A stretch of 64,000 nt of DNA from the human T2T-CHM13v2.0 reference genome, Homo sapiens: assembly GCF_009914755.1 (NCBI RefSeq), contig NC_060926.1, one strand, 5' to 3'. The notes under the pieces were generated by a model that saw nothing but the letters and a program-made list of their open reading frames with translations, searched no databases and had not been told where the DNA came from. Every line of letters starts with the position of its first letter. The stretch's first letter is position 1. Position numbers and translations under genes: made by a program. Below are positions 1-12,345 of the stretch, in pieces.

Positions 1-708
1 GCCCTGTGGTGATTGAATATATTCTTTCCCTAATTTTTACCGTGACATGTTTATTTTACTTCATTTTTTCCTTTCTATGCCTGTAGTGTCTTATTTAACT
101 CATCATTTCTTCTATTTCTGGACCATGTTGGATTAGCTATATTTCTTATAAATAGTAACTGGGAATTTTGCCTTATGATTGAATTTGAGTGTTTCTAACT
201 TTTAAAATAAAGTTTGAACAAACCAAAGGGGTTATACGGGAATATTTTAAATCATAATACATCTGGTCATTTTTTAAGGCTCATTCCATTTTGTTATTGT
301 TTCTTTGTCATTTACTTTTTGTTCTTTTCTCATTTTTCTATTTCTATATCACTCAAATTCTAACTTTTGCTTTGTTACAGTGTTGTTCAAATTTATCTTT
401 TCATCCTCATGTAGTAAAGATAGTATGACTTTTTGTGTGAAGTGTTACTTTTCTACTGGACTCTTGTAGAAGGCTTGTTTCATACTGAAAAAAAAAACCA
501 GAACAGATTCTTAGATGTTTAATTTCCAATTAATCACAATAGGGTATTAGAAAGTTTGAACTTTAATCTTTAAGGATGAGTGATTTATATTTGGTGACTT
601 GTAAGACATCAAGTGTAGCAATCTTTGACTTAAATATGACAATATAATATAAATTCTGATTAAAATTTTGCAACCTTCTTTAATACCTTCTTACATATAA
701 TCTACTTT

Positions 709-869
709 TATTTTATGTGATTTTTTTAGGGATGGGGTCTCGCTATATTGCCCAGGCTGGAGTGTAGTAGCTACTCATAGGCATGAATATAGTGCACTGC
801 AGCTCAGGATTGCCTGAGCCTAAGATTCCCAGGTAGCTGGGACTACAGGTATGTGTCACCATGCCCAGT
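709..869 (-). mobile_element. FAM (fossil Alu monomer, 7SL-derived SINE)
   Basis: Reverse complement matches the FAM-type monomer (gatggggtctcgctatattgcccaggctggagtgtagtagctactcataggc...gtagctgggactacagg). T-rich tail on the left. Candidate TSD catataatctacttt (694-708) / cctatagtctacttt (870-884). Confidence 0.8.
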
Positions 870-2249
870 CCTATAGTCTACTTTGTAATGGTATTTTACT
901 TAGTTTATTATGATATTTCATGTCCTAGGAAGTGTGAGATAAGGTATTCATATTTTTCCCTTAAAATGTGCCATATTTTCCATGTGGTTCTTTAATAATG
1001 TGCTTTCTTTTTCATATGCTTCTTAAATCTATATTTTTAATTTATATAACCTTTTGGTTATCAATAAAAAGCAGTATGAGAAAAGCATTAAAGAAATGAC
1101 AAATTAGATATAGGTTACTGTGGATATTTTCTTTTCCTCTTGACAGCTCAAAATCACAAAGACAATTTTCCGAGGTTAAAAAATGGGTCCATTTTAAACT
1201 GGAATTGCGTTCATCATTGGTGTCACAGTTGGCAATGGAGTGTGACGGGCGGCTGTTAACTCTAGCAACTTGTCATGTGCCAGCTGTTTTGTCACAACTC
1301 AAAGGGCCCACAGGCAAATTCTAAGCTGAAACAATTAAATGACAAACAGAATCATATAAAAATAAGACTGAAAACCAGAAGACCTTCAAGTTTCAGCAAT
1401 CAACAGAGAAGGTAAACTTTTATGGGGAAGTGGTCACCTCAGAAGAGGTGAAGACTTATTTGCCTTCAGTGTCTTTAAAGAACAAAACCAAACACTGCAA
1501 TTTTTCATGACAGTCTCTTGATTTAATTCACAAAATTCTTAGTCTAATAAATCTATTGTTCTTTGAAAATCTTATAACCAGAATGCTACAGTACAACAAG
1601 ATTATTTCAAAGATATTTGTTAAAATGCAATTTCCCAAGAGAAACACCTAAATTATAGTCACAATGTAGTCAGCACTCCTTAAGAATTTTAAGATTAGCA
1701 CATAAAAAACTGGGAAGATTTTCAGGGCATATTCTTGGACATCATACTTTCAACACCATTCATATTCTAATACAAGTATTATCACTTCAGAAAATATGAA
1801 GAAGTGATTTTCTAGTTCTTCCCCTTACTTAAATATTTGAAACAAATGGACTCAGCATCATTTGGTGGGGCATTCACCACTAGTTGACTCCTACATCAAC
1901 TGGCTGAGAGCGTAAGTGATACTTAACAGCTCAAGGTAAAGGATTAAGAAGCAGGGAAGAAATTTCCCACCCGCAAGGGGTTTCAGAATACCCTGGGACC
2001 ACCTTCGGCTCTGTTATTGGATTGGACCAGTCCTTGGTAAGACATTGGCCCTCGTGGGGTCACCTCCACTTTGTCAGCATAGTCAGCATCAATATAACTC
2101 TGTTATGACTGTTGGAGTCCTAGGACAGAGCAAGCCGGGACAGTTTCCTTCTTTCAGAGGCCCTAGAGCCCAGAACAGGGTGAGCATGGGACACATTGAG
2201 AAGGAAGAAGGAGCATTAGACCAAGGCAAGGAGACAAGACGTGAGATGA

Positions 2250-2475
2250 GTGCTCAAGCTCTAGGATGAGATAAACCTGGATATGAATCCTGACTCCACT
2301 GCTAGCTGTGTAGCTATAGACAAGTTATTTCAACACACTGGGCTGTAGCAGTACTTGACCATAATATGAAGAAAGCGTACCTCCTCTCAATGTCATTACG
2401 AGGACTTAATCATATGATCTTCATAGGATTATTACTGGAATTTGTAAGTAATACTTTAATAAACATTCCTTATTA
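2250..2475 (+). mobile_element. MIR SINE relic
   Basis: MIR core-like acctggatatgaatcctgactccactgctagctgtgtagctatagacaagttattt and 3' taataaacattccttattatt. Confidence 0.6.
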
Positions 2476-2859
2476 TTTTAGCTGTTTCTGTTTTTTGCTT
2501 GTTTATCATCATTATCATCAACACCATTTTGAGTTTTTAGCTTCACGAAATCTGCTTCAATTTTTATTTCCTCCAGGAAATACTTTCAGTTCCTCTTCCC
2601 TTACAATGTAGGACCTCTTCCACCTTGAAACCCATCTCTATCTATTGATGCTTGCCTTATCTTCCGAGACAGTGCCAACTCACTGAGTATAAAGAACTGA
2701 TTTTATCTGCATGTCCCTATCATATTTAACCTGACACTTTCACGTATGTAAAGCTCAGTACCAGAGCTTAGTATTGTTTGTGGAATTGAATTGCCACCAG
2801 GTTTGGATGTAACATGTTACTGGGCTTAATGTCTCCTCATGTAGTTGCAAAAACGGCTA

Positions 2860-4051
2860 TAGTCATGTGTCATATAAAGACATTTCAGTCCATGTTGGAT
2901 TGCAGATAGGACAGTGGTCCCATGAGGCTATAATGAAGCTGAATAATTCTTATCGCCTAGTAATGCTGTAGCCATCATAACGTTGTAGCGCAATGCATTA
3001 CTCATGTGTTTGTGGTGATGTTAGTGTAAACAAACCTACTGCACTGCCAATCATATAAAATTAGCACAGACAATTGTGTAGGGGACATATTTGATAATGA
3101 TAATAAATGACGATGTTACTGGTCGATGTATTTACTATACTATACTTTTATTGTTATTTTAGAGTGTACTTCTTCTACTTATAAAAAAATTAGGTGGAAA
3201 ATCAGCCTCAGGCAGGTCCTTCTGGAGGTATTCCAAAATAAGGCATTGTTATCACAGGAGATGGCAGGTCCTTGCATGTTTTTTCCCCTGAAGACCTTCC
3301 AGTGGGATAAGATATGAAGATGGAAAACAGTGGTACATTTTTTTATCTGAGGTTAATGGATATGTTTGTGTCTTCGTTTCTAATTTTAAAAAGTTTAAAA
3401 AGTAAAATGTAATAAAAATGAGAAATTTCAAAAATCGGGAAAAAGATTAAAGAATATGGATATAAAGAAAATATTTGTACAGCTGTACAATGTGTTTGTG
3501 TCTTAAGCTGTGCTATTGCAAGAGTCAAAAAAGTTCAAAAAATTAAGAAGTTTATAAAGTATCAAAGTTGTAGTCAGTTAAGGTTAATTTATTGTTGAAG
3601 AGAGAAAAACATATTTCAATAAATTTAGTATAGCCTAAATGTATAATGTTTATAAAGCCCACAGTCATATACAGTAATGCCCTAGGCCTTCACATTCACT
3701 CACCAGTCACTGACTTCCAGTTCTTCAAGCTTCATTCATGGTAAGTGCCCTATACGGCTGTACCATGTTTTATCTCTTATACTGTTTTCTTGATATATCT
3801 TTTCAACGTTTAAATATGTGTAGATACACAAATGCTCACCACTGTGTGACAACTGTCTTCAGTATTCAGAATAGTAACATGCTGTACAAGTCTGTGCCAG
3901 GAGCAATAGGCTTTACCTGATAGGCTAGATGTGCAACAGGCTGTACCATCTAGGTTTATGTAAGTTCACTTGATGGTGTTCGTGCAATGACAGAATCATG
4001 TAATCATGCATTTCTCAGAAGATATTCCTGTTGTTAAGTGACATGTGACTG
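2860..4051 (+). mobile_element. Tigger3b-like (TcMar-Tigger/Golem) non-autonomous DNA transposon, about 1.19 kb
   Basis: Termini tagtcatgtgtcatataaagac ... gttgttaagtgacatgtgactg are imperfect TIRs flanked by TA on both sides. Internal gtggtcccatgaggctataatgaagctg is typical of Tigger3. Confidence 0.85.
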
Positions 4052-4053
4052 TA

Positions 4054-4384
4054 CAGCGGACCCTGGAAAACACAGGTTTGAACTGTGCAGGTCCAATCAT
4101 ATATACATGGATGTTCTTCTGCCTCTGCCATCCCTGACACAACCAAACCAACCCCTCCTCTTCCTCTTCCTCCTCAGCCTAGTCAACACGAAGACAAGGA
4201 TGAAGGCCTTTATGCTGATTCACTTCCACTGAATGAAAAGTAAATATACTTTCTCTTTCTTACAATTTTTTAACTAACATTTTCTTAACTGCTAATAGAT
4301 TACTGTTGACTGGAAGCCTTAACCATCACATAGTCAATTAACATACATTTTGTATGTTACATGTATTATATACTGTCTTCTTAC
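4054..4384 (+). mobile_element. Tigger2a-like DNA transposon, truncated, with an inverted distal segment
   Basis: Starts cagcggaccctggaaaacacaggtttgaactgtgcaggtcca (Tigger2 TIR) and contains cctcctcttcctcttcctcctcagcctagtcaac. Bases 4284-4384 match the same element in the opposite orientation. Confidence 0.8.
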
Positions 4385-5479
4385 CTTATTATAGCTCCAA
4401 TAGGGGAAGAGGTGGTATTGAAGGGGCCTGGGACTTAGGAAACTTTCAAGCTAGTGACTCAACAATGATTAAAACTGTATTAGCAGATTTATTCTGCGAT
4501 AATTTCTTGACCCTTGAGAAGTAATTGTAAAGTACCCATGTCATAGAATAAAGCTGCATTACCATGGAAAAGAGCAACTTTTGTCACCAACATTATTAGA
4601 GATGTGCTAGAAATCCAATTTCAATTGGATATAAACATTAATGTTCTTCTATTAACATCTTAATCATGAAATAAGGTGTCTTAAATTATGAAATTATAAA
4701 ATGCCAAATCTGGATGTCATCTAATTCAATTATCCTCTTCTTATTTCTTTAAACAGAGAAGAAGGCATAGACTCAGAATAAGTTTCCCAAAACATACATT
4801 ATGTTTTTCAAGTTGCAAGCGTTGAAAGCCCAAATCAAATAAATTAGTTACAACAACAACAACGAAACCCCCCAATAACTATAAAACCTAAGAGCAATGC
4901 TGTATTCAGGAATAGCTGCGTTCAGGAGCCCAGACATTTTGCAAGGGTTTTGATTCTCTACACATCTCAGGTCAATAGTCCCCTCTTCCCTATGTTGGGT
5001 TTCACCCTTGAGCTCTGAGTATGAGCATGGTGACTGCAGCAGCTTCTGCTTCACATGCTTCAAGGTCCAGATCCCACAGGAAAAAGTTCTCTTTTATGTT
5101 ACCATCTACCCGTGGCTTCACAAAATGCATGAAAATTGCTTTAACTAGACTTGCTGTAGATAAAGTCCCCACTTCTGACCCAATCCTCATGGCCAGGAGA
5201 ATATAAAGTAGCGATTGGCTTAGATGGCATATAAAGTGGATATTTCATTCTTAAAGTTGGAGGTGGGACTTAGATCTCCTGAGCTAAGAGAGAAGGAAGG
5301 ACCTCCACAAGCAAAAAATGAGTGAGCTATTACCAGCAGAAAGTAGATTCAAACTGAGGGAGTAAATAACTGTTAAGAACTAATCCAGACAAACAGCCAG
5401 CGTGTTCCTTTCACTAAAATATTGCACCCCTTAGAGTCTTTATATAAAAAACATATATACTCCATGCATGTGGTAGGTA

Positions 5480-5826
5480 GTATATTATTCTCCCATACTT
5501 GATGCCTCTCCTGGCAATAAAACTATACTCAGGTGAAACCAGGGACTCACCTTGTGAGCAGAGATACGTGACCCATCTGAGTAGACCCATCAAGGGCCAG
5601 CACATGGTCCACCAAGTTTGCTCTTCTTTCTGCCATCATGACCCATAGTACTTCTGCTAGAAGACTTCTCCATCAGCCTGGTTCCCAGAAGTGAAGATGA
5701 AACGGGGTACAGACACAGGCAACCTATGAAACACATAGGACATGAGAGAGAGGGACCTTTCTTGATGTGTTGCCCTAAAATTTTAGGATTATTTGTTATC
5801 AAAATATAACTTAGCCTGACTGATAA
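5480..5826 (+). mobile_element. MaLR LTR relic (MLT1I/J-like)
   Basis: ctccatcagcctggttcccagaagtgaagatga and 3' end ttttaggattatttgttatcaaaatataacttagcctgactgata resemble MLT1 LTR termini. Confidence 0.55.
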
Positions 5827-6000
5827 ACCTCCTGAAAAGGATCACCAAATTTATTTATCTTTTGGTATTTGTAAACCAAGGAGAATCTTTTCCTCTACTG
5901 CTTTTCTGATCTCATTTTACTCCAGAAAAGCTAGGCAAATCAAGGGTTATTTAAATTTAATATAGACTATTTTTGTATATAAAATTAACCATCTTTCACT

Positions 6001-8575
6001 TCCAGTTCCAAAATGGCGTCACAGAAACAAGTCAGTTTTACTGCCCCCACCGAAAACCAAAAACAAATACACCACATGGCAATTATCATGAGCAATATCC
6101 CAGAACTCAAACATGAGAATGAGAGAGTTCCTGGTGTCACAGAGAGATGTAAAACTCTGAGCAGAACAGAATCAGACTCCCGTATCCACAAGTCCCCTAT
6201 CCCTTTTCTGCCCAGGAAAAAGTACAGTGACAATTTCCTCCTAATTCACAGGTTCTACACTGGAAAAAGTGGGATCAAGGTGGACAACCAGCTTCCCCAG
6301 CATCTTGGACTCCCTAGCAGAAACTTTTCCCTGCCTCAACCCACAGGAATCATTGCTAGTGCCTGAAGACAGAAATATCTCTGGGGACATTCCGAGACAA
6401 AGTGGGGAGGCAGCACTATCACACCCAGTCCCAAAAACTTTGCTCTGTAACTTGGCCAAAGGAGAAGTGAGATCAGAGTGTCCATGTAACAGCAGAATGA
6501 TGCAGGAAGGTTGTTCTACAGGCCCTTCGGCAGGAATGCCTAGCTGGCCTTCCCACACTACCAGGATATTACCTTTGGGACCTCTGCCATTCAAGATGGG
6601 CACAGTTTGATATGTTACTAGCTCCTAGGCAAACGTGAGCTTAAAGCAGCATCTAGGGCCTAAAAGGAGGCATCAACCTTGTAGGAAAAGAAAGAAAAGC
6701 AACAGGTAAATTACAAAGAATATGTAAGTAAACATACCCAATAAAAACCAAAACAAGCCAGACAAAGAAGACTGGAATAAATAACTCATCCTTTAATGCA
6801 AAGACATAGACATACATCCACAAGAAACTACAGCAAACAGGGACCTCCTTAAATGGACAAAGAAAGAAACCAGTGGCTGACCTTAAAGAGACAACAACAT
6901 GTGAAGAGACAATCAACAAAACAAAGTGAAGAGACAACCCACAGAATGGGAGAACATCTTTGCAAACTATCAGTCTGACAGAATTAATAAGCAAAATATA
7001 TAAGGAACTCAAACAATTCAATACCAAAAAAAGCAAATAATCTGATCTTTTTAATTGGCAAAATATCTGAATAGATATTTTTCAAAAAGGACATGCAAAT
7101 GACTGAGAAGTCAATGAAAAGTGTTCAACATCACTAATCATCAGAGAAATGCAAGTCAAAATGAGATATCATCTCGCCCCAGTTAAAATGGCTTTTATCA
7201 AAAAGGCAGGAAATAAGGGGTGCTGGTGAGGATATGAAGACAGGGGGATACTTGTACACTGTTGGTAGGAATGTAAATTAGTGCAGTCACTATAGAAAAC
7301 TGTATGGAGGTTCTTTAAAAACTAAAAATCCAACTTCCATATGATTCAGCAATTTCACTATTGGGTATGTATCCAAAAGAAAGAAAATACATAGAGGACA
7401 TACCTGCACTCCCATGTTTATTGCAGCACTAGGGACAACAGCCAACATATGGAATCAACCTAAGTGCCCATCGGTGGATGACTGGATAGACAAAATGTGG
7501 TATATGTACACAGTGGAATATTGTTCAGCCATAAAAAAATGAAATCCAGTCACTTGCAACAACATGGATGGAACTGGAGGTCATTACATTAAGTGAAATA
7601 AAACAAGCACAGAAAAACAAATATTTCATGTTCTTATTCATATGTGGGAACTTAAAAAAAAGTGGATCTCATGAAGATAGCAAGTAGATTGGTGGTCACC
7701 AGAGGCTGGGAAGGGTAGAAGGGAGGAAAAATGAAGAGTAGTTGATTAATGGGTGCTAATATACAGTTAAATAGAAAAAATAAGACCTAACATTTGATAG
7801 ATGAGTAGCATGATTCTATTGTTTATTTCAAAATAGCAAGAAAAGAATAATTTGAATGTTTTTAGCATAAAGAAAAGACAAATATTTAAGGTGATGTATA
7901 CCCAATCACACTGTATGGCAGTTAATATTAGGTGTCAACTTGATTGGATTGAAGGATGCCTAAATAGCCGTATTGGGTCTGACTATGTCTGTGAGGGTGT
8001 TGCCACAGGAGATTAACATTTGAGTTACTGGACTGGGAGAGGAAGACTCACCCTCAATGTGGGTGGGCACCACCCAATCAGCTGCCAGTGCAGCTAGAAC
8101 AAAGCTGGCAGAAGGTGGGAGAAGAGGGCTTGCTGAGTCTTCTGGCTTTCATCTTTCTCCCATGCTGGATGCTTCCATCCCTTATTCCTGCCCTTGGACA
8201 TCAGACTCCAGGTTCTTTGGCCTTTGGACTCTTGGACTTACACCAGTGATTTGCCGGGGGGCTCTTGGGCCTTGAAGCTGCACTGTTTGATTCCCTATTT
8301 CTGAGGCTTTTGGACTCGGACTGAGCCATTACTGGCTTCTTTCCTCCTCAGCTTGCAGATGGCCTATTGTGGGACTTCACCTTGGGATTTTTTGAGTCAA
8401 TTCTTCATAATAAGCTCCCCTTCATATATGCATATATCCTATTAGTTCTGTCCCTTTGGAGAACCCTAATATACACTGATTTGATCTTTATAAATTATAT
8501 GAAAGTATGATATTACCCCATATACCCCAGAATTATGTACATCTATTATGTCAATAAAAAATTAATTAAAAATTT
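6001..8575 (+). mobile_element. L1MA5-like LINE-1 with L1M2-type 5' UTR and a large internal deletion; interrupted by MLT2A2
   Basis: The 5' UTR begins ttccaaaatggcg (YY1-type motif, 6009-6018). The ORF1 start region runs to about 6905, then joins directly to the ORF2 3' end (gagacaacccacagaatgggaga) and an L1MA5-type 3' UTR (tagcataaagaaaagacaaatatttaaggtgat). Homologous to the minus-strand copy at 33565-37378. Confidence 0.85.
7912..8471 (+). mobile_element. MLT2A2 solo LTR (ERVL) nested in the L1 3' UTR
   Basis: gttaatattaggtgtcaacttgattggattgaaggatgcct ... ctattagttctgtccctttggagaaccctaata. 5-bp TSD cacac/tacac; the L1 3' UTR resumes in register. Confidence 0.9.
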
Positions 8576-8819
8576 TCAAACTCTTCTTGCAATAAAAATA
8601 ATCAACTGTCAATTTTCTCTATGTCTTATTTGATGTATGCCCCCTATAGTTATGTGACCTTGGACAGATCCCATAATCACCTTAGACTATATCACAATTA
8701 TATCACAAATAATATATTATTTATTTGTGAAATATCACATTTGATCACTAGATGATGTCTAAAGCCACTCTGTCAATGAACATCTACAGTTCCATGAGTT
8801 TATATTCTGCTTTCCTTCA

Positions 8820-9005
8820 TAGCAATTCCTGTAATTTGTAATAATCCATCCTGTTATTGTTGCTTTTTGAAGTCTCTCTCTCTTCATACTAGATTATAAA
8901 CTCCATGAGGGCAGAGACCATCTCTGCCTTTTTTACCACTATTAGCTCAGTATCCAGTAGAATGTCTTAGATGTAATTAGGCAAATAAAGTTTTTATTTG
9001 TTTGT
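8820..9005 (+). mobile_element. L2 3' end relic
   Basis: agattataaactccatgagggcagagaccatctctgcc...aggcaaataaag matches the L2 terminal motif. Confidence 0.65.
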
Positions 9006-11452
9006 TTGGCTTTTATTACAAATGTTACATATGCCTTTGGTTTTAATGAAACATCATCTAGATTAATAGCTTTAAACAGGCATGACCTTGCTTTTGTCCA
9101 AGCTCAAATGTCTGTGTGCATGTCTAGACATAACACATAATATGTATTCTATATGTATACATTTTCCTTGAATTGGAAATATGCTTTGGTGTTGATAGTT
9201 TAAAATCTATGCAAATCATTCTATCAAATCATTGTAAATTAAAAAAAACTACTAAGCTCATATGTCTGGCATGCTAAAACATGTAAAGTTTTATGAGTTG
9301 AACAGAGGGTAGTAATTCAGTGATGGGTACATATTTTTAGATGATTTTTGTAGCTCAAAATTGATATGAAACAAAATATTACTAATGATAGTTGAATTTT
9401 TAAGCAGTTCCGCCTTTTGCCTCTAGATGTCTCACCTGGAATTCCCATTGTATAATAGAAGATCTTCTGATGCAACACCCCACTATAGGGCTTGGCTGAA
9501 ATGTCATCTTGGGAACTCAAAGAGTAAACCATGTGAATTTAACTGCAATTGGGTCAAAACATTCCATCAGTATTTTTTTAACTTTCTGGAAAAATGCAAA
9601 TAACAGATGGTGGGAGAATAGGCAGATTTATGAGAAAAGTGACTTTGTATTAGTCATTCTGATGAGCCACATCCCAAGGAGCCCTGCCTTTTTGGCTATG
9701 ATGAACAGTTTCCAGGTGTAACCCCTGGTGTTGGGAAAGTAATATTTAAGACAATGGCCATCAGCCCATCTTAACAGCTTTTTTTCCACTTCAAACATAA
9801 TTTATATCATTTATATCCCAGTTGGTGAGGTATGGAATTCAACATATTAATATATGACTTTAGGATATGACTTATGTAAGAAAAGTAATAATTTTACCCT
9901 AAAAAAGAAAATATTCTATGAGTTCAACCAAAAACAAAGTAACAGTTTTATTTCTTGAGAGGATAGGAAACATTTTGGCAATGGGCAGAAACAGGAGTTT
10001 ATTAAAATTTGTGAACATACGTAATGAGACATAATTCTCTTGTAAATATCCCTATTAGTAAAAATGTTTCCCAATACCATATGTTATATAGATTGATATA
10101 TACTATATGTGCTAATACTATGATAATATTTAGTCTATAAGAGAAAAGTGAAAAACAAAAAAAAAACAGATGGCCTGAAATGGATTAGAAGTAATATTCT
10201 GTTTCAGGTGACATTCAAACTACTTCAAAGTGGTGTAGAATATATTCTATTTGGGTGTCTTTAGATATGCTGAGCTTCTACCACAAAATCTACATTTCTC
10301 TAAAGTAAGGAAGAAAGGGATACCTTTTCATCCCTGAAATAGTTCTGGCCAAAACAGACAATTAGTATTTATTTGTTGAGAAAAATGAATGAATGAATGA
10401 AAGGGGAGCAGAATCTGATTATTTTCTTGCATATTTACTAAATAAATGCTTGCTTTCTTTGTAGTTCTTAAAATTATACTAGGCTTAAGTTTCTATGTTT
10501 TTTAAATTTCGTTTGTTTTATTTCAATTTTTAATTATTTTAATTTTTGGCAAAACGTATGATTCTCAAAATATGTCGTATAACTAATCACGTTGATAGAT
10601 AAAAAATAACCACAAGCAAGCAACCACACAAACAAGCAGTGTGCCCCACTTTCCATCTGCTTTTGTTTTATTTTCACGAGTTATCTTTTTTTTTAGTTGA
10701 TTCTAGTCAGTTTGGGTCACTTAAGTTACATGTAACAAATACTGTATGTCACTTTTATATTTAAATATATTTTCAAAGAATCATCGCTAACTACTTAATC
10801 ATCTCTGAATTTCGGAGCCTGGCATGGAAATCTCTCCCCAAACTAGTTTCATCCTCCTTATCTAGTATTTTCTTCCACACTAACAATTGAAAAAACAAGC
10901 TAAGGTCTCTCCGCCTAATTACCTACTGTGGTAAATAATTGTTCAATTCAATTATTACCTACTTACTTCATATGCTTGTTCTGGTTCACTCAGGTAGATG
11001 TGATCAAATCTATTCCTACTTAAGAAAATTGAAGGACCATTATTTGCCTAAGGTCTTAACCGTCTGCCTAGACTTTAAAGTCACTGAGGTTAGCAACTGT
11101 GACTTATTCCTAGAAACACTGTTTGGCCTTCAACAAAAGTTGGTAAAAGTAAATTGAATTCCATTTGCCAATCTACCAGTTAAAGAGAGACATATGACTG
11201 ACATTATCAGTGGAAGGAGTAATGGTACAGGTCTAATAAGCTCTTAATGAGAAGTAGAATGTCAGTGATAAGAGAGAAAGAGAGGCACAGAGAGAAGTTT
11301 GTGAAAAAAGAGAGATGAGAGAGAGTTACAAGAGGAAAAGAGGAACAGAGGGACAAAGAGGAATGGAATGAGCAGCAAAAAGGATAACTGGGCTTCTCCC
11401 TTACCCCTGAATAGTATTGTGTCTGGTATCTTCTGTCTCAGCTCTCTCTCAT

Positions 11453-11515
11453 CTTTCGTATTTTGTATAATGGCGACGTTTGGGCTTCCAGTGAACCCAT
11501 CGCCCAATAGTGAAC
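11453..11515 (-). repeat. Inverted local copy of L1PB 3' UTR segment 12441-12504
   Basis: Reverse complement gttcactattgggcgatgggttcactggaagcccaaacgtcgccattatacaaaatacgaaag versus 12441-12504: 59 of 64 positions identical. Confidence 0.8.
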
Positions 11516-11789
11516 CGACTTCTTCTTAGAAGTTCACTGGGAACCAATCAGCCTTTAAAGTCTTTGGGAATCTAGCCGGGAGCCAACCAGGGATCAGCCC
11601 CTGCTCTGCAGGTCCGGAGAAGAGAGGAGGGTGAGACAACTACCTCACCCTGTGTCCCTTCCCTTGCACAATTTGATATTCTAGTAGCTTCAAAGGTCCT
11701 TTTCTCCCAAATAGTATCCACTTCTCAGAGCATAGACTGAGTGCTTGGTCCACAGGGCAGCTGGAATTCTCTAGGAGGCTACAGATCAA

Positions 11790-11950
11790 AATCCAGGGGC
11801 TTACACTTGCCTGTAAAGTTGGAAAGTATTTAAATTTTAAATCATTTGTGATCTTGGATGATTCACTTACATTCTCTTGGTCTCAATTTTCAAATTCTAA
11901 AGGGATTTCCAATTCTATGCTGGATTTGTTGCAGAACTCTTTTAAGTATG
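11790..11950 (+). mobile_element. MIR relic
   Basis: ttgtgatcttggatgattcacttacattctcttggtctcaattttc resembles the MIR core. Confidence 0.5.
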
Positions 11951-12189
11951 AGGTCCTATTATTCAATTCTGGAACTCAGAGTCGGGTATTCAATCTAATC
12001 CCCTTATCATGATGGCTCAATTAAATTTATTTCTAATGTAATAATGATTATGTAGAGAAATTTATATCACAGATAGGTATAATCTAATTTTTAAAATAAA
12101 TATGTAAAGTAGTTATTAGACTCTGATTTTATATTTTTACATCCTCCTTTTCAGTTATATTAGAAAATAAAGTAAGTTTTGATTTCTTT

Positions 12190-12310
12190 ACAAACTCAAT
12201 ACATATTTATTGAGAATCTACCATGAGCCAACCCCTGCTAAGTGCTTGGAATACAGCAATGAAGAAAACATTTCTTATCCTCCACATGAAGCAGACACTT
12301 GAACTGATGG
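12190..12310 (-). mobile_element. L2 3' end relic
   Basis: atatttattgagaatctaccatgagccaacccctgctaagtgcttggaatacagcaatgaag. Confidence 0.65.
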
Positions 12311-12345
12311 AAAGGCTAATAGTTCTAGCTAAATTGTATGTTTTG

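Noticed and set aside
709-869. Possible 7SL RNA gene or pseudogene
   Set aside because: It lacks the full S domain and fits the FAM monomer with tail and TSD.
5985-6610. Overlapping 82-120 aa ORFs on both strands
   Set aside because: They lie in the L1M2-type 5' UTR; similar chance ORFs occur in the homologous copy at 36.7-37.1 kb; no recognisable domain.
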